Assembly (NCBI GenBank): GCA_963790205.1
Contig: CAWBNQ010000001.1
Coordinates: 384,001 to 448,000, forward strand
Direction: 5' to 3'
Length of the DNA stretch: 64,000 nt
DNA from: Nitrospirota bacterium
GTDB taxonomy: Bacteria; Nitrospirota; UBA9217
This document shows positions 57,321 to 64,000 of the stretch, piece by piece. A model generated the notes under the pieces. The model worked only from the letters and a program-made list of their open reading frames with translations. It did no database searches and had not been told where the DNA came from. Numbering within the stretch: the stretch's first letter is position 1; every line of letters begins with the position of its first letter. A program made the translations under genes and the position numbers.

Positions 57321-59525
57321 ATGATGTCAAAAGTTATTGCCAGCGGGGCCATTCTGGGTTCCCACTACTATGTCAAGCAGGCCGAGGCGCTTGTCGAGAA
57401 GGCCATTTCCGAGAAGGGCGCGGATTTTAAATTTGAGTTTCCCGATACGGGATACTTCCTGCCGCAGATGTTCGCCATGACGGGCTTCGAGGTCCGCACC
57501 CTGGGCGATATGAAGACCGCGCTGGAGCAGCAGGTGAAGCCGCTCCTCACGGATGCGCCGGCAGACCACCTCTACAAGCCCTATCTGGGCGAAGCGCTCG
57601 ACGCGGGCATGGCGGCCCTTTTTGCCCAGGAAATGATCATGGCGATCCGGTACATCTACGGGCAGGAGCCGGTGAAGGACGATTCGATCGGCCTGACCTA
57701 CAACGGCTTCATCTCCGACACCATCCTTCGTAACCTGGGCGTGCAACTCGTGGATGGCTCCATGCCGGGGTATGTCTGCATCATCGGGGCGGCCAATGAC
57801 GACGATCACGCCCTCGAGATCGCGCGCGAACTCCAGCAGAAGAACATTCTTACGCTTATGTGCGGCAACGTGAACGGCGACAGCATGACCAAACAGCTCC
57901 TCAGGAAGGGCGTGCAACTCGGCTGGGACACGCGCCTGGTTCCCCTCGGACCGGAAGTGGAGCACGCCATCTACGCACTGAACTGGGCGGCGCGCGCCGG
58001 GATCACCTTCGGCGGCATGAAGGGCGGTGATTTCAAAAGAATCCTGAAATACTCCAAGGACAAGGTGTTCGCCTTCGCCATGGTGCTGGGCCCGTTGAAC
58101 GACCGCATCTGGACCACGGGCGCGGGCGCGATCAACATGGGCTTCCCGGCCATCGCAAACACCGACATCCCGACCATCCATCCCACGGGCGTCACGATCT
58201 ATGAAGAGGTCGCCAAAGAACTCGACCCCAAGAAGATCGTCGAAAAATGCATCGAGGTCCGTGGCCTCAAAATTACGGTCTCGAAGCCCCCCATCCCGGT
58301 CGCCTACGGCCCGGCCTTTGAGGGCGAGCGCATCCGCAAAGAAGATATGCATATCGAGTTTGGAGGCCAGCGGACCCCTGCCTTTGAATGGCTTCATACC
58401 GTGGACCTGAACAGCATCGAGGACGGCAAGGTCACGATTATCGGGAGCGATCCCGAGGCCCGGTACCAGAAGGGCGGACAGATGCCGCTCGGCGTGTACG
58501 TCGAGGTCGGGGGCCGCAAGATGCAGAAGGATTTCGAGCCTGTGCTCGAGCGCAAGATACACCACTTCATCAATGAAGCGCAGGGCATCTGGCACATGGG
58601 TCAGCGCGATCAGAACTGGTTCCGCGTCAGCAAAGCCGCGTTGAGTGAAGGATACCAGCTGCGCCATTTCGGCGACATCCTGGCAACCCAACTGAAGCAT
58701 AAGTTCAACAACATCGTAGACAAGGTGCAGGTGACTCTCTACGTGGACGAGGCCGATGTAAAATCGAAACTTGAAGAGGCCCGCAAGGCATATCTGGAGC
58801 GCGATGTCCGGCTCGCCTCCATGACGGATGAGTCCGTGGACACCTTCTACTCCTGCATCCTCTGCCAGAGCTTTGCGCCGAACCATGTGTGCGTGGTTTC
58901 CCCCGAGCGGCTCGGTCTCTGCGGGGCGTACAACTGGCTCGATGCCAAAGCGGCCTTCGAGATCGACCCGAACGGTGCGAACCAGCCCGTGATCAAGGGC
59001 GAGGTGTTGGATGACAAGAAGGGCCGCTGGAAGGGCGTGGACGAATACGTGTACACGAACTCGCACCAGGCCCTCGAGTACTTCAACGCCTACACCATCA
59101 TGGATGCACCCATGACCTCCTGCGGCTGCTTCGAGTGCATCGTGGCCATCGTGCCCGAGGCGAACGGCGTGATGGTCGTGAACCGCGGTTATACCGGCAT
59201 GACCCCCATCGGCATGAAGTTCTCCACCCTCGCGGGCACGGTGGGCGGCGGAGCGCAGACCCCGGGTTTCATGGGCATCGGCCGGTTCTTTCTTACGAGC
59301 AATAAATTTCTCTCGGCGGACGGCGGGTTCAAACGCATCGTCTGGATGACCAAGAACCTCAAAGAGTCCTTTGCCGAGGTATTCAAGAAGCGGGCCGAGC
59401 AAGAGGGTATTCCCGATCTTTTGGACAAGATCGCCGATGAGACCGTGGCTGAAGATTCGGACAAACTCATGGCTTTCCTGACAGAAAAGGGCCATCCGGC
59501 GCTCACCATGGATCCGATGTTCTAG
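57321..59525 (+). CDS. acsB: Acetyl-CoA synthase (bacterial ACS alpha, AcsB)
   Basis: FPDTGYFLP; AFEGERIRK; A-cluster ligands CILCQSFAPNHVC...GLCGA and MTSCGCFEC. Confidence 0.97.
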   Translation: MMSKVIASGAILGSHYYVKQAEALVEKAISEKGADFKFEFPDTGYFLPQMFAMTGFEVRTLGDMKTALEQQVKPLLTDAPADHLYKPYLGEALDAGMAALFAQEMIMAIRYIYGQEPVKDDSIGLTYNGFISDTILRNLGVQLVDGSMPGYVCIIGAANDDDHALEIARELQQKNILTLMCGNVNGDSMTKQLLRKGVQLGWDTRLVPLGPEVEHAIYALNWAARAGITFGGMKGGDFKRILKYSKDKVFAFAMVLGPLNDRIWTTGAGAINMGFPAIANTDIPTIHPTGVTIYEEVAKELDPKKIVEKCIEVRGLKITVSKPPIPVAYGPAFEGERIRKEDMHIEFGGQRTPAFEWLHTVDLNSIEDGKVTIIGSDPEARYQKGGQMPLGVYVEVGGRKMQKDFEPVLERKIHHFINEAQGIWHMGQRDQNWFRVSKAALSEGYQLRHFGDILATQLKHKFNNIVDKVQVTLYVDEADVKSKLEEARKAYLERDVRLASMTDESVDTFYSCILCQSFAPNHVCVVSPERLGLCGAYNWLDAKAAFEIDPNGANQPVIKGEVLDDKKGRWKGVDEYVYTNSHQALEYFNAYTIMDAPMTSCGCFECIVAIVPEANGVMVVNRGYTGMTPIGMKFSTLAGTVGGGAQTPGFMGIGRFFLTSNKFLSADGGFKRIVWMTKNLKESFAEVFKKRAEQEGIPDLLDKIADETVAEDSDKLMAFLTEKGHPALTMDPMF

Positions 59526-59546
59526 AAGAATCAGAACCCGGAAGGG

Positions 59547-59613
59547 GTCAGGCGTGAGGCGTGAGGGGCTTTTTAAATCCTCGTTCGCGCCACCCTGCCG
59601 CCTCCCGGCCTCC
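59547..59613. repeat. Inverted heptamer array (GTGAGGC)n ... (GCCTCCC)
   Basis: GTCAGGC GTGAGGC GTGAGGG ... CCTCG...GCCTCCC GGCCTCC; related to 53841-53903. Confidence 0.7.
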
Positions 59614-59666
59614 TTGGCCGCCGGGAAAAATGAGGCGGCTATTTTTGTCTCAAGAGGAAGTGAACG

Positions 59667-60149
59667 ATGGAAAAAAAACTGGAAGGTATACTGTCGCGGT
59701 ACCGAGAAAACGAAGGGAACCTGATCTCGATCCTGCAGGACCTCGAGAGCGAATTCGGCTATCTGCGTGAAGACGCGATCAACTGGATCGCGGAGCAGCT
59801 CGATGTCCCCCCTGCGAAGTTTTACGGCATCGCGACGTTTTATGCGCAGTTCCATCTGAAGCCCAGGGGCAAGAATGTCATAACGGCCTGCTGCGGCACG
59901 GCCTGCCACGTCAAGGGGTCCGAGCGGCTGATCACCAGCCTCGTGAAAGAACTAGCCATTCCCGAAGGTGAGGAGACATCCGAAGACCTCAAGTTCACCG
60001 TGGAAAAGGTGAACTGTGTGGGAGCCTGCAGCATTGCCCCGGTCATCATCATCAATAAAACCGTGAACGGCAAGATGACGCCGGACAAGCTTATGAAAGA
60101 GATGAAGACCCTCAAGGAAGGGAAGCGGGAGTACACCGACTATATTTAA
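59667..60149 (+). CDS. NuoE/HydC-like [2Fe-2S] subunit
   Basis: GIATFYAQF, CCGTACHVKG, VNCVGACSIAP. Confidence 0.93.
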   Translation: MEKKLEGILSRYRENEGNLISILQDLESEFGYLREDAINWIAEQLDVPPAKFYGIATFYAQFHLKPRGKNVITACCGTACHVKGSERLITSLVKELAIPEGEETSEDLKFTVEKVNCVGACSIAPVIIINKTVNGKMTPDKLMKEMKTLKEGKREYTDYI

Positions 60150-60151
60150 AC

Positions 60152-60190
60152 AACGGTTAACGGTTTAAACAGTTCAAACCGCTTAAACGG
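60152..60190. repeat. Nonamer array, reverse-complement family of 49215-49270
   Basis: AACGGTTA ACGGTTTAA ACAGTTCAA ACCGCTTAA ACGG; shares a 17-nt exact match GTTTGAACTGTTTAAAC (opposite strand). Confidence 0.8.
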
Positions 60191-60221
60191 CCAATAGGTT
60201 TCTATCCGGAGTAACGTAATC

Positions 60222-62000
60222 ATGAAGAAAGACGTTTCGATAAAAGTATGCATGGGCACGGGCGGGATCGCCGCGGGCGGCGTGGAGGTGATGTCCACGT
60301 TCGAGAAGGCGCTTGCTTCCGCCGGCATAAAAGCATCAGTGGCAAAGAACTGCTCAATGCATAAGGTCGGCTGCCGGGGCTTTTGCGCGCGCGACGTGCT
60401 GGTCGATGTGATCATCGACGGCGGCAAGTCCACGTACCAGTACATCAAGCCCGACATGGTCGAGCGGATCGTGCATGAACATATTGTCGGCGGCGCTCCC
60501 GTGGGCGACTGGCTCGTGACCGACGACTATCACACCTTCCACGACAAGCAGATCAAGGTTGTGCTCTCGGACTGCGGCGAAGTGGACCCCGAGGACATCG
60601 AATCCTATATTGCGCGCGGCGGCTACGAGGCGACCAAAAAGGTCCTTACGACCATGACCCCGCAGGAAACGATCGAGGTGATCAAGGCCTCGGGTCTTCG
60701 CGGCAGGGGCGGCGCGGGCTTCCCGACCGGCACCAAGTGGGACATGGCGATCAAGGCCCCGGGTCCGGTCAAGTACCTCATTTGTAATGCCGACGAAGGA
60801 GATCCGGGGGCGTTCATGGACCGCTCGGTCGTCGAAGGAAACCCGCATGCGGTCATCGAGGGCATGCTTATCGGCGCCTATGCCATCGGCGCGCCTTATG
60901 GTTATGTCTATATCAGGGCTGAATACCCCCTTGCAGTGGAGCGGCTTCACCTTGCGATCAAACAGGCGAAGGAGCGCGGGTTCCTCGGCAAGAATATTCT
61001 CGGCAAAGAGCTGGATTTTACGATCAAGGTAAAACTCGGAGCCGGCGCTTTCGTCTGCGGCGAAGAGACGGCGCTCATCGCTTCCATCGAAGGAAAGCGC
61101 GGCCAGCCCCGCGCCAAACCGCCGTTCCCGGTCCAGAAGGGGCTGTGGGGGAAGCCGACGATCATTAATAACGTCGAGACACTCGCGAATGTGCCCTACA
61201 TCATCCGGAAGGGCGCTTCGTGGTATGCCGGAATGGGGACCGAGAAAAGCAAGGGCACCAAGGTCTTTGCGCTTACCGGCAAGATACTGAACTCCGGACT
61301 GATCGAAGTCCCGATGGGCATCCCGCTCAAAGAAGTGATCTATGATATCGGCGGGGGCATCGAAGGGGGCAAAAAGCTCAAGGCCGTCCAGACCGGCGGG
61401 CCTTCCGGCGGCTGCATTCCCTCGAACATGATGGATACCACGCTGGATTATGAATCACTCGGAAAAGTCGGGTCCATCATGGGCTCGGGCGGCATGGTGG
61501 TGCTGGACGAGACCGACTGCATGGTGAATGTCGCCAAGTACTTTCTCGAGTTTACCAAATCCGAGTCCTGCGGCAAATGCATACCCTGCCGGATCGGGAC
61601 CAAACGGCTCCTGGAGATTTTGACGCGGATCACCGAAGGCAAGGGGAGGGAAGGCGATATCGAGCTCCTCGAGACCCTGAGCAGCGACGTGAAGACCTCG
61701 TCGCTCTGCGGCCTTGGTCAGAGCGCGCCGAATCCGGTCCTCTCCACGATCAGGTACTACCGTGATGAATACGAGGCGCACATTTACGAAAAGCGCTGCC
61801 CCGCCGGCGTATGCAAAGACCTTCTCTCCTATAGCATCCTGGAGGAATTTTGCAAAGGGTGCACGGCCTGCACACGGGTCTGTCCTGCCGGCGCCATCAT
61901 CGGCGAGAAGAAAAAGCCGCACAAGATCATCCAGGACATCTGCATCAAGTGCGGCGCCTGTTTCGAGACCTGCAAGTTCAAGGCGATAAAAAAAGGGTAA
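60222..62000 (+). CDS. NuoF/HydB-like NADH/FMN-binding subunit with C-terminal 2x[4Fe-4S]
   Basis: GRGGAGFPTG, NADEGDPGAFMDR, FVCGEETAL, ESCGKCIPCRIG, HIYEKRCPAGVC, two ferredoxin motifs. Confidence 0.95.
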   Translation: MKKDVSIKVCMGTGGIAAGGVEVMSTFEKALASAGIKASVAKNCSMHKVGCRGFCARDVLVDVIIDGGKSTYQYIKPDMVERIVHEHIVGGAPVGDWLVTDDYHTFHDKQIKVVLSDCGEVDPEDIESYIARGGYEATKKVLTTMTPQETIEVIKASGLRGRGGAGFPTGTKWDMAIKAPGPVKYLICNADEGDPGAFMDRSVVEGNPHAVIEGMLIGAYAIGAPYGYVYIRAEYPLAVERLHLAIKQAKERGFLGKNILGKELDFTIKVKLGAGAFVCGEETALIASIEGKRGQPRAKPPFPVQKGLWGKPTIINNVETLANVPYIIRKGASWYAGMGTEKSKGTKVFALTGKILNSGLIEVPMGIPLKEVIYDIGGGIEGGKKLKAVQTGGPSGGCIPSNMMDTTLDYESLGKVGSIMGSGGMVVLDETDCMVNVAKYFLEFTKSESCGKCIPCRIGTKRLLEILTRITEGKGREGDIELLETLSSDVKTSSLCGLGQSAPNPVLSTIRYYRDEYEAHIYEKRCPAGVCKDLLSYSILEEFCKGCTACTRVCPAGAIIGEKKKPHKIIQDICIKCGACFETCKFKAIKKG

Positions 62001-62003
62001 GGT

Positions 62004-64000
62004 ATGGCAAATCTTTCTATCAATGGCAGGAAAATTACTGTTCCCAACAATAGTACCATTCTCGACGCTGCGCGGCGAAATGACATCTATATCCCGACGC
62101 TCTGCGACGACCCGAGGCTCGAACCCTACGGCGGATGCAGGCTCTGCCTCATCCAGGTGAAAGGCATGCCCAGGCCGGTGACCGCGTGCACCACGCCGGT
62201 CACCGAGGGCATGGAAGTCGAGACCACGAACGAGCAGATCGAGCGCCAGCGCCGTACCATTGTCGAACTTCTCCTGTCCGACCATCCCAACGACTGCATG
62301 GTCTGCGAGCGGGCCGGTGACTGCACGCTCCAGGAACTGGCCTACTTCTACGAGATCCGGTCGAACCGCTTCGCCGGAGAGCGGCGACAGTATACGAAAA
62401 AGGACCTGAACCCCTTCATCGAGCGCGACATGGAGAAGTGCATACTCTGCGGCAAGTGCGTGCGCGTGTGCGACGAGATCCAGGGCCTCGGCGCGATCGA
62501 TATCGCGGGGAGGGGCTTCACCGCCAAGGTAACGCCGCCCTTTGAAAAGGACCTGGACTGCGAGTTCTGCGGCCAGTGCGTCAGTATCTGTCCCACCGGC
62601 GCGCTCATCGGCAAGCAGTCGCTCGGCAAGGGCAGGCAGAAGGACGTGAAGGAGGTCGAGACCGTCTGCGGCTACTGCGGGTGCGGGTGCAACCTCACCC
62701 TGCATGTGAGCAGGAACGAAGTGGTCCGCGTCACCTCGCGGCCGGACACGATCAACGAGGGCTGGCTCTGCGTCAAGGGACGGTTCGGATACAGCTTTAT
62801 CAACAGCCCGGACCGGCTCACGACGCCGCTCGTCAAGAAGGACGGTTTGTTCATTGAAGCGTCCTGGGACGAGGCCTTCGCCCTCATTGCCGAACGCTTA
62901 AGCGCCATCAAGGAAAAACACGGGCCCGATGCCATCGGCGGGCTCTCTTCGGCCCGGTGCACCAACGAGGAAAATTATCTTTTCCAGAAATTCATCCGCG
63001 CAGGCATCGGCACGAACAACGTCGATCACTGCGCGCGCTACTGACACAGCTCGACCGTGGCCGGTCTGGCCACCGTATTCGGTTCCGGGGCAATGACGAA
63101 CTCGATCGCCGAGATCGAGAACAACGACGTACTGTTCGTCATCGGCTCGAACACCAAGGAGAACCACCCCATCGTAGCGCTTCGGATGATCAAGGCGAAG
63201 CGCAAAGGAGCGAAGATCATCATCGCCGACCCGAGGCGGGTCCCGATGGTCCGGTTCGCGGACATCTGGATGCAGCACAAGCCCGGCACGGATGTGGCGC
63301 TTTTGAACGGGATGATGCATGTGCTCCTGAAGGAAGGCCTGGTCAAGAAGGATTTCATCTCTTCCATGACCGAAGGGTTCGATGACGAGTTCAGGAAGAA
63401 TATCGAGGACTTTACGCCCGAGGCCGCCTCGAAGATCACCGGCGTACCCGCGGACACGATCGTCAAGGCCGCGCGCCTGTACGGGAGCTCGGACCGCGCC
63501 GGTATCTACTATACGATGGGAATCACCCAGCATGCCCACGGCACGGAGAACGTGTTCTCCATCGCCAATCTCGCGCTCATGACCGGAAACCTCGGCAAGG
63601 AGGCTGCCGGCGTCAACCCGCTCCGCGGACAGAACAATGTCCAGGGCGCCACGGACATGGGATGCATCCCGAACATGTATCCCGGATACCAGCGCGTGAA
63701 CATACCGGCGATCCGGGAGAAGTTCGAGGCCCTGTGGAAGGCAAAGCTCTCCGAAAAGGAGGGGCTTACCGCCACGGATATGCTTCCGGCCGCGGAAAAA
63801 GGCATCATCAAGGCCCTGTACATCATGGGAGAAAATCCGGTCATCAGCGATCCCGACGTTGCCCATACCACCAAGGCGCTCAAGGCGCTCGATTTCCTCG
63901 TCGTGCAGGACATCTTCATGACCGAAACGGCCGCGCTTGCGCATGTCGTATTGCCCGCCTCATCGTTCGCGGAGAAGGTCGGGACGTTCACGAACACCGA
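62004..64000 (+). CDS. fdhA: Selenocysteine-containing formate dehydrogenase alpha subunit (Fe-S N-terminus + Mo/W-bisPGD domain), runs off the window end
   Basis: HydA/NuoG-like Fe-S N-terminus; [22 protein letters not shown](TGA 63042)-HSSTVAGL; the frame continues through [29 protein letters not shown]. Confidence 0.93.
63054..63076 (+). other. Bacterial SECIS element
   Basis: GTGGCC-GGTCT-GGCCAC hairpin beginning 12 nt after the in-frame TGA, similar to the E. coli fdhF SECIS with GGUCU apex. Confidence 0.85.

Noticed and set aside
57327..59909. 860-aa minus-strand ORF
   Set aside because: Antisense shadow of acsB and the nuoE-like gene; the same applies to the many other overlapping antisense ORFs in the track.
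59667..62000. Respiratory complex I nuoEF or an [FeFe]-hydrogenase
   Set aside because: No other nuo genes and no H-cluster motifs; the partner is a molybdopterin Fdh subunit.
62004..63044. 346-aa standalone Fe-S protein or truncated fdh pseudogene
   Set aside because: The TGA is at the Sec position with a SECIS, and the frame continues to the window end.

Overview
A GC-rich chromosomal segment from an anaerobic Gram-negative bacterium. Gene content suggests Nitrospirota/Thermodesulfovibrionia or a Desulfobacterota-like lineage, but this is inference only. (1) 1-9 kb: an accessory patch (membrane protein, GNATs, ferritin-like protein), an HD-GYP plus TPR-lipoprotein module bracketed by a duplicated recQ 3' end, then recQ, lolA and yajQ. 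(2) 9.4-33.7 kb: a Geobacter Che5/alpha-group-like chemosensory operon (DUF4388, CheY, CheA, ExeA-like ATPase, CheW, HEAT, CheR, CheB, GAF, CheY). Embedded in it are a complete porin-cytochrome conduit (10-heme OmcB-like lipoprotein, DmsE/MtrA-type decaheme, MtrB/PioB-type porin), an orphan substrate-binding protein and three long-signalling-domain MCPs. (3) rlmN. (4) 35.5-44 kb: a second, MCP-less che cluster preceded by sigma54/IHF motifs, whose CheA carries an MshEN-like motif. (5) 44.2-64 kb: a Wood-Ljungdahl/one-carbon island. It holds cooC x2, 5-formyl-THF cyclo-ligase, folE, a frameshifted GltD-like/ferredoxin/MvhD fusion next to metV-metF, panB, thyX, a panG-like gene, acsE-D-C-B, and a HydCB-like module with a selenocysteine formate dehydrogenase (in-frame UGA plus SECIS). 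About 16 operon-internal gene junctions are also filled by short-period (7-, 8-, 9-, 10-nt) imperfect tandem repeats, mostly arranged as inverted arms, often starting inside the upstream stop codon and ending just before the next RBS. I recognised no tRNA, rRNA, CRISPR array or transposase.
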